Below, in pieces: positions 12,434-28,500 of a DNA stretch of 64,000 nucleotides (its first letter is position 1; the number at the start of each line of letters is the position of its first letter). The stretch covers positions 8,804,001 to 8,868,000 of the forward strand of contig OZ176051.1 of NCBI GenBank assembly GCA_964247055.1, read 5' to 3'. The DNA comes from Paragordius varius. Taxonomy: Eukaryota; Animalia; Nematomorpha. The notes below the pieces were generated by a model. The model worked only from the letters and a program-made list of their open reading frames with translations, did no database searches and had not been told where the DNA came from. The position numbers and the translations under genes are program-made.

Positions 12434-14094
12434 TTAAGAGAACTAGGCAAGATTATTTTTAATATTGTTTTGCTTTTTATATACAGTTTATGATTTATTT
12501 CAATATTTTTGGAATGAAGCCTCTAGCCTACACCAAAAAAGTTAATTTTAAAATGTGCTCAAATTTTGTCATTTTCTGATACGGAGCACTTACCACAAAA
12601 GTCTACCTATTTTTTTTAAATTCTCTCGTAAGGTAAAACTAAAAGCACATGATAATTCTGATACATTTTCCTATCAGAATATGTATATTCATTTTATATT
12701 TTTTGTGGACACTTTATAATGACAAGATAATTTCTAATAAATGTTAGGGAAAAAATCAGACATCGATGAGTCCATAGCTATAAAAAAGTTAATTTAATAA
12801 CTTTTGCATTTTCTGTCCTTTTGCTTAATTTATTTATTGTAATTTAGCCATAGAATCCAAATTTTTAAAGTTTTTAAACATGCGAAATGTACCATTTGCA
12901 CTTCAAAAGTATCCTTGAACACTTCCGGTTGGTCCTTGAACAATTTGTCCTTTAACTTTTTGTTTTTAACATTTATCAGTCTTTTAACCTATTTTCTCTA
13001 TTTATTATAAACTATATATCAATATTAATTTTAAATCATTCAAAAACTGTATAACTTATTCATTTCCTGAAATTATTTCATTAGATTTTATTGTACATAT
13101 TTGCTGAAATTAATATTTATTTTAAATCAATTGTTTTTATTTTGGTTGCAGTTGTCTCTGTAAAAAGATATAATACTTATTAGGCAAATAAAGTTATATT
13201 TAAATTAAAACGACCATATAATATGTTATTTACTAGATTAAGCTTTAAGGTACAAAACTCCCCCGATATATTATAGCCAATATAAAAATGGAAGCGTAAT
13301 GAAGGCACAGCCCGCTGGTGTTTTTAGTATAAAAATAAATAAATCTATTTAATAGGATTTTGTTGTATTTTATGGTAACTTCCCAAAATTTAATGATATT
13401 CAAATTATAATCACTCTGGGATATAACCCTAAATGGTAATAGAGTGTTACAAAATTTAAATAATTAATTCTGGTTCTGTTGTTATTTACCACAAAACTTA
13501 TCTTTAGATGTAGGCTACGAAAGTCACAACGTTTTTGCTCTTTCAAGAACTGCAACAAATTTTATGCTCTTGTCTAGATGTTACAAATCTGTAAAAATAT
13601 AAGCGTTTATATCTAATACAGGAGAACAATGTTTGATAATTAAATTAAATAAAATAACTTTCATGTTATCGACAAGATTAAGTTATGGGATATAAAACTA
13701 CCCCATGAATCCGGACAAAAAAATTTATTGATGTTTAGTTAGTATTTGTTTATATTTTCATTTATTTAATTTCCCTTGTTTAGGTAATTTATATAAACAA
13801 TAGCACAAATATAGCAATAACACATATTTACAGAATATTTGTTTACACTATATTACTTAATGCTTTAATTTTATTAATTTAAAACATAGAATTTATATTA
13901 ATGCCTCCGGTTATATTTTTGGGTTCGTAGTCACACCCAAAAATTTATGTTAATTACTCAATTTCTTTTTCATAGAATGCACATAATCAATAGTATAGAC
14001 AAAAGATCAATTAAATCTATAAATAATTTACGTATGTTACATATGTAGCCCTAAGCATTCATTTGTATTGCATTGTAAACCGCTTTTTAAACTA

Positions 14095-17000
14095 ATGGAA
14101 CAAATAGGTTACTTTTTTTTAATATTAATCAAATATAATGACAGATATAAAATATTATTTTAGATTTAGGGAAAACAGTTTATATACTTGAAAAACTCCT
14201 AAAAAATAGCGTGCTTTCTCCTGAAATTAAACTTGAAATTTCATTACTCTTGAACATTTGCAAAAGCTCGAGGTTTTATGAACTAATTGGTACTAAATTT
14301 TGTATAATATCAACAAAATTTTTTTATTATATTGTTGTAATTGTAATATAGAATTACAAAATTCTCTACAAAAATATTTGGAAAATTACGTTAAGAACAA
14401 GAAAATTTCTGATCATATTGAATATAGCAACCACTATTTAAACGGCCATAATCATGGAAATCGCCCAACCTCAACTGATTTATCGTTAAAACTATCAGAC
14501 ATCACATCTTGTTCGCATAATGGATCTTTAAACAATACTCTGAATCATGATGATAGCTTTTTACCAGAATATATATCGGCATTTAAACAAAAATATTTGT
14601 TATATGCTCATCCATCTGCTTCTTCTATTTCTAACATCATTCGAAATGCGGAAAATATCAATTTTGATGAAAATCGAGGAGAAAACGACTACTTAAGAAA
14701 TGGAGGTGATCAATTGTCTGTAGCAGCCAGTGAATTAACTTTGAGCAACAAAAAAGTTTTATGCGATCAGATTGTTGAAGATTACGAAAATTACGTGTCA
14801 AGTCTACAAAACCCAATTCCACCCTTAAAAAATATATCAAATCATCGCCCTGAAACACAGGTATCAGCTCCGATATTTTGTGGTTCAAACGCGACTATAT
14901 CTTGTACGAATGATGAAAAGGTTAACATAAAAAATTTAATAATTGTGACAAAAAGATTATTAAAATATAATTCTTTTTTTCGTTTATCTGTAATATGGCT
15001 AAAGGCTAAACATGAATACGTTTGATTAATGTAGGGTTCTTATGCAAACATGACAAACAAATTTTTATTATAGGATATACCTAAATATCTAATTATAAAA
15101 TAATTTATTTTAACGTACAAAATATATATTTATATAATATATATAATATACATTATTCAAAATCACTTTTATTCCTTCATTAGGAGAGGCCATTGACTTA
15201 CTAGTTAATTTTATTTGCTTAGGATAACCTCTTTAGTTAAAAATCAACGTATATTATATGCCAAATATTTGAAATTCCTTTCATATAAGAAACAATATAT
15301 AAATTATGAAACAGTTATATCCCTTAAATATTCCGAATATGTTGTAAAAGCTTAATATATTGTTATCAAAAAATATATTATACTATTCTAATTCTTTATA
15401 ATGGCAAACCGCTCTAGGGCCCTTTTTTATAGTTTATATGCCCATTATTTTTTTAATTCTTAATTTTGTGATAATTATACTTTACAAACCATTATGTCAA
15501 TGTAAAAAGCAAATTTCAAGACTAATTTTACCAAAGGTACAATAAACTATAATGTATATCAAATGATGTCCAATATTTTGTTTGTCATTTTTGAAATAAC
15601 TTATTTTTACATGTTTTTCTCCTGATGTTTAAACTAAATTTTATGTTGCAACTTTAGATATGGAAACATTATTTTTATAAAGTTTGAGAAAATTATTTAT
15701 ATAAAAAAATCCTTAGGGTGCTCTTTTGTGTTCAGTAAATTATTTTCAAATCCTTAGTGTCGCGTTTCGTATTAATATAATAAAGGACGACGTATTAAAA
15801 AAGGTGTACTCACGTAGAAAAAAAATCAAAAATTATAATTTTAGCTAATATCGAAAAAAAAGCAACAAACAAAATATATTAATATTTAATAATATAAAGA
15901 GGTAGATATATATATATATATATATATATATAAGTTTATATATACAGGTAGTATTTGTCTATATTTTGAGAAATACTTTTACACATTGTACATTGTTTTT
16001 TTTGCATTTTTTGCACACATTGTATTGTATTCATATATTTTTATTCAATACATTTTACAATGAAAATATTATATTATATTGTTTATTGAATTAATTTAAT
16101 TTTGATACAATATTGATTTATTTTTGACAACACTTTTTTTGCTTAAAAATTGTACCAATATGCGAAATATAAAAAAGGCTATTCTGTGTGGCGGTAATGA
16201 AGCGGTATATAATCTCCGATTTTCTAAAATATATATTTTTTTTAAATTTATGAACTTTCAGTTTAATGTTTTTCATATAATCCAATATTTTTTAAAAAAT
16301 AAAATTATAAATTAACACACGTGTGTATAATGTTTCCGATAAAAACATAATTTTATCGATTATTTTAGCCAATGCATTTTTTCTCCTTTTTAATTTGTTT
16401 AAAAAATAAACTATTCACTTTTAGCGCATTTTTTCACACGTTTAAGTTTTTTTTCAAAAAAGCGGTCTAACTTAAATTTCTATTAACAGAATTCCAAATT
16501 TTTTTCTCCGCCAACAAGCTCTAGCGATGAACACGAATCAAATGATCTAGATAACAATAACCCTTCAGCTAATAAAACAGTGTTGTATCCAACTACCTCC
16601 ACCAATTTAACCCATAAATCATCCGTTGATCTTTTAGCCGCATTTAAAGAAAGTCCGCCACCCCTTAAAAAACGACAAAGCAATCGAATAAAAGGCAATA
16701 GAAAAAAGAAAGATTTGACCAAAACAAACACGGTAGATGGTATTTTGGATAAAAATATCGACTATAGTGTCGCTTCTAAAAGTGGTTTTTTCCACAGCGT
16801 TAAAAGTTTGAATAGCCGGAGCAAAGAAAATTTGTTACAACTATTTGGTAAAACACATGTAATCCAACAAGATTCACCATCTGTCACCAGCAATATTCCT
16901 CCATATTCGAATGGATATGGCAGCGATTGCAAACTTGATTCAAATAATCAAACTGTGATAGAAGAGGAAAAATACGGCGATAAAAAAGAGCATAAATGTA

Positions 17001-19454
17001 AACGTAAGGTTCATCACAGCCATTCTCATAACTCTAAACACAATAATGACAGTAGTAGGACAAACTCCTTCCAAAATAAAACATCAACCAAATCTAACGG
17101 AAGTGTTACGCACAATGTTATAAAACGTAATTATTCATCACGTTCGATTAACCTTAACAATAATGTTATCACTAACGAGCTATCTAAGTTGCAAAAACAA
17201 GAAGAAGTAACAACACCAGAATCAATTACACCAACTATTGAAAATTTTAATCCTTCACTAATCTTTGACGCGATTACCAATAATAAGCTAAACAACCATG
17301 AGCATTTGGTAAAAAGTAATAAGCCTGAAATAATTGATGATTGGTGCAAGGAAATAACTGGAGAAAAATTAAATCTCAATGTTAATCCCACTAAAAATAA
17401 GAATGGTAGTAATGTTGTTGTTATTCGTGATGAGAACACAACTCACAAAACAAAGAATAATGGTGAAAACAAAAATCTATCATGTCTAAATAAGGATATT
17501 CCATCTCAACAAATTTTGAATAATAATAATTATTATAATTGCAAAAACCAACGAAACCTTGATCCACCATGTTCCCTTCTTGTAAATGGCTCTGGAAATA
17601 CGATTGTTAGCGATGATTCTGATAAAACAAATACTACTACTTTAAGTTCTTCATCTAACTTATCACAGGCTACAAATAACGGAACACAACAAAACCAAAG
17701 TACATCAGATAGCTATTCGATAGAATCTAGCACCACGGATCTTAATAACTTGCCTAATAAAAATGTATCATCGCCTAACCAAAAGGGTTTAATTTCCAAT
17801 GGTACTAATATGAAAACAATTGATAATACTGTAACATTTGAACAGCCTAAAAACTATCAACCTCGTAATAATCTATTGATCCCTAAAACAACAGTAATAT
17901 CGCCTATTTTTTCATGAATATTAGTTTTTATATACATATATATATTTGCAACAAAAATTTAGTATGCAATATTTTATTGAATTTTTTTGACTTTACAACT
18001 TATAAATTCAAACACTGAGAATATTAAACTCTTTAGAAATTACTTTAATTTATTAAACTTTAAAATAATTTTAAATTATTATATTTATTCGATAGCATCA
18101 TATATATTATTTTTTCCTATCACACTATTACGTGTTGTTTGTGGATTATTACAATTCATTCACAATTGCCTTTTTTTGATTACTCACCTCTTTTTTCTTT
18201 CTTTTAACTTTTTATATTTGTAAAGGTTTGAAAATACCTGCCACTATACTATAAACTCGGAAGTAATATAGTTTATGAAATAAATAATTTAGGTCATTCC
18301 ACTTCTTCTTTGGCTTACATACCATGGTTGCAATTTTTTTATCAATAATATACTTATTTTGAATAAAATTCAATATTTCGAAAACAGGTTAACATTAACA
18401 TTAGATTTATGAAATCGTCTCTTTTCTCCTTTTTAGGATAGGATTTTAATCTCATAATTGAATTTTTTACCATTAACAAGTTTTGATGCAATTATGTTAA
18501 AAAAGTTTTTATAAAATCTGTCTAGGTCAATGTGTAATTTGTGGTCATGAAATATATGATAATTATGGTTTCTACATATACATTATTTTCTGACGCTTTT
18601 TATTGTTAAAATAATTTAATTGTTTTATATTTAAATCAATTTTAAAAATCTGATATATTTTATATTTTGTTGTAAATCTAGTTTAATTTTGTGAACACCG
18701 TAAAAACACTCTATATTTCGGATTTTTGAAATTAAAAATAGGACTGATAAAACATTTAACAAATGTTAAAGTTTATAGCCTTTAACCGTTTTAGGGCTAT
18801 TTCTGTGAATGACCCTAATTTTGAAAAGTTGAGATGATAGATTCAATAAATGTATTCTGGGATGACTTATTCACATCCGCATATGATTCGTATACTAAAT
18901 ATTTATTTAAATTGATAAATATTGATTTACGAGTCAGGGTTGGATTAGTTTGAAATTAATTACTTAAAGTTAAGAATGCCTTGCACTATGTATAGCGAAG
19001 ACACTTGCAGTAAAAATTGATATTACAGACAAAACGTAAAAACAAGACAAATATATTTTGCCAAAGACAACCATACCTTTTAAAAACCTAAACTTTCCTC
19101 TTATTATTTAATTACATTTTATACATATATAATTGATTGTATTACCAATTTGCAATTTAATACTTTGCAGTTATAAACAATGAGTGTTATATTTTAAAAA
19201 TCAAGTTAAAAAAGTTGGCGGTCTTTTAGAAAAAGCCTTTGTCTTTTAGTTTTTTAATTTTCACTCTGTATAATTTCTTTTCTGTGTATTTAACTAACTA
19301 CCCATTTTGAGGCAAAATTGAATAAATCCTTATACTATCCGTATATAAATGATTAAAATTAAAGACAGTTTTGGATATATTAGCATCAAACTTTATAAAT
19401 GATAAATAATTTTTTTTAAAACATATATTTAATGGTCAAACATATTTTCAGCAG

Positions 19455-19504
<50 letters not shown>

Positions 19505-22500
19505 GACATTGATAATGGTTGTCACTGTGTTTTTTTTTTTGCAATACGCTTTTACATAAATATATTTTTTTCAAGGTTTCGTTTAAATTAAATTATCGCT
19601 TTTTTATTGTTGATTATGTCCTAATTAACATGCCATCATTTAAATAATATAGTATATTCCTATAAATCAGGTAACTAATGAATTATTAAATTCAAAAATC
19701 CTCCATCAAAAAGTACCACAAAGCACAAATATCAACAATAATAATTTTGAGAATAAATCACATGATAATGCTTATGTTATAAATTCCTCATCGCCCACTG
19801 ATAAAACTAATCGCTGTATAAACGATTACAAATATGAATTGAATGGTTATGAAAACACGAAACCAATTGAAAATGGTAATGCTAAAACAATTGCAAATAT
19901 GGGAAAAGCTTTGGTAAAAAATTCATCTAACAATTTTTCGGAACCTGTTGTGGTAGGATGGGAATATCATTGTATAACGCTTAAAAAGGTAATTTGTTAT
20001 AAAAATTTTGTAAAATCCTTATTATATTTTGTCTGTGGACGTGTGCCACCTTTGTGGAAAAAATATGCCATGTTATTCGCATTATGACCCATTTTTTGAA
20101 AAAAAAATAATTTTTTTAATATATTAATCAATATTCAGCTTTTATATATACTTTGTATAATTATTCTACAAATAGTTCGAAAATGATTTTAAAAAGATTT
20201 AATTTCTTTTAGTGCCTTAATCGAAAATATGCATTCCGCTAGCATTTATAGCCGCTCTCTATATTACTTCTTAATTTTTGAATTTTTTTGCATTATTAAT
20301 AGACGGAAGGCAAAAGCCTAGGTTTTAGTATAACTGGGGGACGTGATAATCCCACGATACTTAAATTGGATAGCTCATCAGTCTCATTTTTCAGCAACAA
20401 TGGGGACAAAAGTGTTTTAACTAATTTGGACAATTCACCTTTAAACCATACTCAAACGGTTGAAATTGATGTTGGTCCGGCCATTATCGTTACAAAGCTT
20501 ATAGCGGGTGGAATGGCCCTTAATGATGGTAGATTAAGGTAATATTTTACCGGTTTCGAGATCATTTTTATATATGCACATTAGAAATTAAAATTTTTTA
20601 AAAAAAAATACGAAAAAGTAAAAAAAGTAATTATTTAAATTTTTTTTAATATTTTGAGATAATTTACAAAATAAGGAATATGAATGTGTAAATTGATAAA
20701 ACATTTAATTTTATATTTTATGTAATCCTACTGGTTATAAGGTATCAAAAAAATGGTTTACTTTACCAATAAAATGTCTCTGTTTTGTTTTTATGCTTTT
20801 ATTCTTATGATTTTGATTTTACTAATAACCACTCAACCTCTTTTCAATTATCGTTTTTAAAATAGAATTAAATGTATTTAATCTGATTAGTTAATTTAGT
20901 TTTGGCTTATATGACATGCATTTCCATTTTTTGTGATAACACTTTATGACTGCAAATTATTATTTTTTTATAACCAGTCAGACCGGTTATAAATAATTTA
21001 TTTAGCCCTCAATAACCCAACCCTAGTCAAATGGAAAATTAAAAGTTCATTATAGTTAATTTATTATAATAGCCATGTATAGACGTTTGTAGTTACTCTT
21101 AATAATATGTTTATAATTTTTTTATATTGTTTTAACATAAATATATAAAACTTTCTTTATTTTATTAACAAACATTTGCTCGTTAGTTAAATCGTTTATC
21201 ATTACTCTATATATGTTTAGAATAAATGATATCATTGCTCGTGTTAATCATGAGGATTTAACTGACGTTGATCATGACGAAGCCGTTGAAACGCTTAAAA
21301 AAGCTGGGAAATGTGTTAATTTGGTATTAAATATATTTTTTTTGAAACTATATTTTAAAAGTTACATTAACGATTTTACTTGGTTGGAGGAATAATAATT
21401 GATTTAGCTAAAAGTTATTGTGTTTTAACTTTTTGTAGGTATTTTATCATAAATATAGTATTTATGTTTTCATATCTAACTTTTAATATATATTTGCAAT
21501 TTACTTTCCATATAATATAAATTGGTAAAAAGGTTTTTTAATTTTTGAAGCATTAATAAAAAATTTTCATATAATCTTAATTCAATTTTTAAATTGTACA
21601 ACATTTTTTTCCATGCATATAGCTTGTCAAACGTCCCATACTTATATGCCCCAATCAATCTGTCGTTTGCCTAAAGAAAGGAAAAACCGGTAAAATTTAC
21701 ATAAAATATTTTAAAGTGTTTCTCAAATAGTAGAACTTTTTAAATAAATCTATAAATATTTCAGTAAGTTGTCTAAAGCTAGGTAAACCATTTATATTGC
21801 GACTTAATTTTTTTATAACGTTTTAGGTTTGGGTTTTAGCATAAGTGGTGGATATGACAATGAACAGTATTGTGGCGATCCCAGTATTTTCATTGCTAAA
21901 ATTATACCAGGCGGTGAGGCTGATCTTAATGGTCGCGTACATGTCGGCGATAAAATTATTAAAGTAAGTAAGGATTTTTTGAAAAATGAAGCAAATTCAA
22001 ATAGAAATATTAAAAAGGAGTAAGGTAAATTTGGTATATTTTTACTTAAATTAATACTTACTTATTACCTTTCCTTGTGAAAAGTTGTTTTTTAAGAAGA
22101 AATTTAATATTTTTAATTAAATCAATTATACTTATTCTTCTTTGCAAATGGTTTTATTTTTGGCAAAAAACCTGCAAATATATATTATGTGAAAGAAAAA
22201 GTATCTTAAAAAAATTAAATAATTTGGTGTTTTAATTAAATTAGCTTATTACCTCTCAAGTTTCTCTTTTGAGCTTAAACCTATAATTTGGAAAGTTTTT
22301 TAATATGCCTTAATATGTGTATGAAAATTTATCTTTATCAATAAACTTTGTAAATTTTATTGCCAAGTATTTCAACAATTAATGAACAAATTTTTTATAA
22401 AAATAATAGTTTTGATTTCCATCATATTTTCCAATTAAATTTTAATAGAATCAAACAAATACAATACATCAAAATTATTTTTTCAAATACAATTTAACTA

Positions 22501-25500
22501 ATTTATCTTTTATGAAAGAATAACAGTATATATATCGTTTTTGTCAGCTTATTAAATTTGGCCGCAATTATGGTTGTTTCATTTATGTTAATAAATTTTA
22601 ACGTATTTTTTTCGATATATTGATAATTCCTTTTTTATTTATATAGATATTAATAATAAATTATCTAGCAAATTATTTGAATCTTAATTTTTTTTTCATA
22701 GGTGAATGAACATGTCTTAGATTGCGTGTCTCATGATGATGCCGTAACCATATTAAAAGCCTTACCCCAAGATAGTTTAGTTAATATGCTTATAATGACC
22801 CCTGGAAATATTAATTCACTCAATTCCAAAAACGGCAGTAATGAAATTAAGCTTCAAAATAATCAACCCAATATAATTTCATCTGATAAAAATGGTCAAT
22901 CAAATGATAATAATAATTTTAATGTGGATGCAGAAATGGAAAAAACAGATATAATTGATTTAATTCAAAATACATGCAACAATGTTATTGGAGCCGATAA
23001 GAATCGAAATTTTGAGGGGAATTATATAAATCACAAGGAAACGAGTTTAAGGTTTGTTTTAAAATCATAATTTTTTAAATAAACATATATATTTGAATAA
23101 AGTTTACTCATCGTAAATGGAATTCCAAATGTATATTATAGTGTCTACAATTTTAATTAATATAAATGATGCCCTATTATGTGTATAATTTTTTAGCCCA
23201 CAAAACAATCATCAACCGCCATTAACGGTTAAAACGCAGGGCTTACAGCTCATATCACCAATGTCCACAGCCAAAAAACATAAGTTAAAACTTAAATAAA
23301 ATTGTTATAACAGTTGTACAATTCGTAATATAATGATAATCGTAAATTAAATAGAAAATAAATTGACGGATACAGAAATTATAAACGATATGTGAAACCC
23401 TTTCGTCAATAGTAATCATGCTAGTTAGCACTCATGAATACGACGCAACTATTTGACTTGGGGTTTTCACATATCGATTTCGTATATATATCCAACTTTG
23501 CAATTTGGTAATGCAGTTGGGAATTTAAATTAAATTTAATTAACATGCAAATTAAACTGAAAATTTGAATAAACTGAAAATAAATTCTGTTTAACCCTAT
23601 TTTATTAAATATAGAATTATTTATAAACCAACTGACAAAAATCTAAAAACATTAAAACGCAAAGTTATTAATTATTTTTTGTCGCAAAATATATATTTAA
23701 AAGCGTAAAATAAAAAATTTTACTATCATATAATATATTTTTAAAACTTGTGTTTTCAAAGTTAATAGGCGCAAATTTATAAATAATTCCCAAATTCTTA
23801 CTTTTCTAAGAGTGCTAGAAATATGTTTTATTTTATATTTTAAATTAGGGATATATAGTGTAATTTTGATTCTTTAATTTCTGATATTTACCATTTAGAC
23901 ACAGATCTCCTCTCATAAATGAATTACGGCAAAAACTTAATATTACTGAAGGGGATAACATTTCCGATACACCAACAGAAAGCAAAATCAATATAAATAA
24001 TAATAATAATACTTTTAATCCAAGTAAATTTAATAAGCACAGTAAAATTTAAAATTATACGCGCGTAAAAATATAATTTTTTTTCAATATTTTTGTAAAC
24101 CTTAATATATCCTATAAAAATTATTTTAATACAATCAAATACATAATTGATTGTGTTACCAATTGGCATCTCTATTTTATATTTTTTAGTTTAAAAACAA
24201 TCAGAGCTTTATATTGTTGTCTTTTATAAAATATTTGTCTTTATATTTATACAATTTGTCCGTACAATTTCAATTTTTACTGTGATAAGCAATATATAAT
24301 AATAATAATACCATTGAAAAATTTTACGGTAATGTACTTGATTTTAGATTTAAATCGATTTTTATGCACGCTTTAGATATGAATCACAATGTATGCCCTA
24401 CATCATCAACAGCCATTCTAGATATATCCCCGAAGCTATTACGTAAATTAGAGAAAAGGTATTTTTTTAATTAAGTATTGAACAATATAATTTTCATATT
24501 TGTTTTATATCTAAAAAATATATGATGTTATATTTGTTAATTCTTCTCATTAACTTTTAATTTACCTCTTTTTTTTAATATTTGGTCTCTTATTTAGTTA
24601 ATCAGCCCAGCTAATTTTAAATTATTTTTGTATTTAGCTTTACGTGCGATAATTTTTTTTTAATTTTTTTAAACATAAGAATTATTAATCATTGTTTCAA
24701 TTTTGACCATTTTTGTCGACTAAAATTGGTTTACTTTAACAATGAATATAATCATCTATTGGTAAATCAATATAAAATGATATTTTATTTTATTAATAGA
24801 TTAAAGTTACATTTTATAATCAATCTTAGACTTTATGATTGATTGATTAATATAATTTGTGCTGAAATTGCTTGTTAAAATATTATAACAACAAATTTAA
24901 TTTCGAGAAGTAACTTTTTTCTTAAATTTATGGCAAATTAAATTGGACATTATATTATATATATATAAAAACCTTTTCTGTTTAACATGGTAGGCAGTCA
25001 AAATTTTAAACGAAACACCTTATAAATATAAAATTGTCCTATAAATTATCATTAAATGCATTAAAGTCAAATTATTTTATTAACAAATTGTTTATATTTT
25101 ATATACACGCCTGAAGAAACTGTATTATATGGTAATGCTTAATGAAAATAAACCAAAGTAAATAATTACACTAAAAATAAAAAGTGAGATATGTTAAACC
25201 CTTCGTTAATAGTAATTGCAGACCAGTTCTTATCATTTTAAGTTTTATATCATGTTTTTAAGTATCCCAACACCATTTCCCGGTATCAATATATTAATAT
25301 ATTATTACTTTAAAGTTAACATTTGCCTAATTGTGAAATGTCCTCACATTATTTTCAACATTTTCATATAATTACTAAAATCGGGAGTGCCAAATAATGG
25401 CTTCGCGGAGTGGATTTTCGACCAAAACGGCGAGCCTGATTTAAAAAAACATGGGGGGGGGGGGGGGGGGGGGCATTAAAAATATTTATAAGATTATATA

Positions 25501-28500
25501 CAAAAAAATGTTAAAAAATAAACTTTATATAAAAACTATTTAATGCATAAATTTTCACAAGCTGGCTGTAGAAATACAGGATTTATTCAAAATATCAATT
25601 TTAGTAATATTTAATTTATATTATAAATTGCAATATCTTTGTGTGAATTATCGGGTAGAGTGTTGGACAGCACTGGTATAAAATTACGGTGTTAAGGCCC
25701 AAAATGTTAATGTCTAGGTTAAATTGAATTTTTTAAACTATATATTTTAATTGGCATTAAAAAATTTTGTTAATAAATAATATCTGTATATATATATATA
25801 TACTACGGATACAATTTCCTTAAATTTTAATTTTATCATTCATTATTCATATCCATATAGGTTTGATAAAAATGATATCCAACGCGTGGTTTTGCACCGA
25901 GAAACGAATGGCACGGGCTTAGGTTTTAACATTGTTGGAGGTGAACCCATATTTAACCCTACAAACTCTAAAGGATCTGTATCTGGTACATTTTTTTTCC
26001 AAATTTATTACTACAGTAAAAATTAAAAATATACGGTGAAAAAGTTAAAAAGTTAATTGATTTTGAGATAGACAAGCATATTTTTATTTCATATTATTTT
26101 ATGATACTCGATTTTATATACCACCATAATTATATTAGTTAGATGGAAAAATTATGAATTAATATTTGACGGTTATCCTTATTTAAAAAAATGATAGTCT
26201 CATATTTCTTACATTCCATATATTATCGATTTAGATGTGCTAAATTACTTTAGCGTATGGCGTAAAACAATGTCAGTCCATAAAAGAATAAAATAATGTT
26301 TATATAAAAAACAGGAAGGATATGTGTATATAAAACGATATTGTTTTTAAAAATACGTTTTCTTATTCTTTGATGGACTAACATTATTTTATGCCCTACG
26401 CTATTGTATTCATACAGATACAAATTGTAAATTTAAATTTATAGGTTTTTGGGGTATTTTTATAGCCCATGTTACACCAGGAAGTCCAGCTTATTTAAGC
26501 CAAAAACTTCGAATTGGCGATCTAATACTTGCAGTATATGAATTTTTTATATATCTGATTGTTTTATATTCAGTTATGTCAAAATGTTTATCAATTTAAA
26601 AATTTCTTTTTTTCCTATTTTAACTGTTTTTAATTTCGTGATTAATCTAATAATTTATAAAAAAAATTTATTATTAGACAGAGGATTTTCACTAAAAAAT
26701 TTTAAGGAATTAACTTAAATGCCAAATATGTAAATTGAAATAATTCTATGACACTTTAAATTATTCATAATTGGATGCCTTTTTGTAAAGTTCCTTTAGA
26801 ATTCATGACTTTATTGGATTTTTGATTAAAAATGTGTTCGGACAACATTGTATCATTTTTTTCTCAACACATCTTTGGCAAAAAATCTTTAAATGTTGAA
26901 AATTATTGTTGACAAAATTAAGTTGTTTGTGTCGTTTGACAGATTTATGTATAAACAGTTTTTTTGTTACTTTTTCTTGTTGATAAGATATATTTAAACC
27001 AATCTTAGTTTATTAAAGTGTTTTTATTTATTATATAGGTTGATGAAAACGATTTAACTCAATGTGATCACAAGAGTGCCGTTCAGTATCTTAAGAATGC
27101 TGGGAATATTGTAACACTTTACATTACCCATAAACCGAATGGTATAATATTAAAAAATATATATATAATGATATTAATTATAATTTCCTAAATATGTTTG
27201 TTTGAAGTGATGTTGATTTTTTAACAAATTTATTGTGTTAAGGGGAATGTTTCCATATAGGAATGGCAGACAGTTTTATGTTTAATAATATTCATCACTT
27301 TAATTTAATTAATTTTTGACCCTTAAGTATCATGAAACTAGGCTCGTATTTCCATTTAATATTGTCTTGTGCTCTTTTCTATGTTTTTTGGAATTTTACA
27401 AGTCTGTTTTTTCATATATTATTATAATAACCGCTTAGTTGTTAAAATATGGTTATAAAATTTACGCCATTTTTTGTATTTTTATTATTTTTTCATTTTT
27501 TATATAATAAAAGAGCATATTGGACAAGACCTTTAATAATTCATTTTCAATAATACTTTTTTTTATTCTGCGCCTAAAAACCCATAAAATTCGTGTTTTT
27601 AAATTCTCATCTTTTACAATATTAATTAAATGTATATGCGTTTTTTTCCCAATAATTAATTATCTTATATTCATCATCAATTATTAATATTATATAGTTT
27701 TGAAAAAATTATTATTAAACATTTACAAGATAAGTGTTAAGAATGCAAAAAATTAATTATATATATACATAAATATATAAGGATTAAAAGAAGTTCTTAT
27801 AACACTTGTTTACTACCATTCACACATTTTATGGATTAATCATATCTCATGGGACCAATTTATATTATAATAGCTACATTTTTTCACTAACTGGTGTTAA
27901 AAAATTTTAAAGTATTAATGTAAAAATAATGAGGATTATCATATATTAAATAATATGAAATGCAAAATTTTGCAATATATATGTATATATATATATATAT
28001 ATATATTCAGTAATGCATTGTGTAAACTTTAAGAAAACTAACGGTAAAATATTTAATATAATCTTTGGGGAATTTTATTTTGGCATTGTTTCAAAAAAAT
28101 ATTTGAAAATTGTGGCGTTATTAAATTGTGTAACATAAAATTTTAATTAAACATTTTTTTTGAGCAAATATTTGATTTTCACCTTTATTAATATGTATGA
28201 TAATATATTTTTTTAATATTTGCATATTATAACTTCCTGTTACATATAAAAAAATAAAAATATTTAATTATTGATTTTTATATTATTTTACTTCATTTGT
28301 CTTTGTTTTATGTATTTATTGCCTATTATTAATTTTTATTGTTTTTTTTCTTCGATGTTTTAAAACAAAAAGAAAATAATTTTGTTATTAAGAGAATAGT
28401 TTTATATATAGCACATATCTATATTAATTCGTTTAATTATTTGAAGATATTTATTTTTAATATATGCTCACAAATATAATTACTCATATTTCAACAAAAT

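Larger units (their letters stand above)
5590..12690. mobile_element. Long palindromic (foldback-type) MITE scaffold interrupted by nested hAT, Helitron and piggyBac MITEs
   Basis: 5590-5730 (TGATAGGAAAA...GCTAGAGGCTTCATTCC) is the reverse complement of ~12510-12690. 5760-5811 mirrors 8590-8645, and 8735-8820 mirrors 11230-11320. Related segments occur at ~30395-30580 and ~50100-50500. Confidence 0.5.

Noticed and set aside
12888-13438. Another TACCATTT...AAATGGTA element
   Set aside because: There is no inverted similarity beyond the 8-mer and no TA duplication.
16490-17917. 445-aa ORF as a separate gene
   Set aside because: It has an in-phase acceptor at 16489/16490 and in-phase donors, and fits as a low-complexity Dlg exon; a terminal-exon isoform cannot be excluded.
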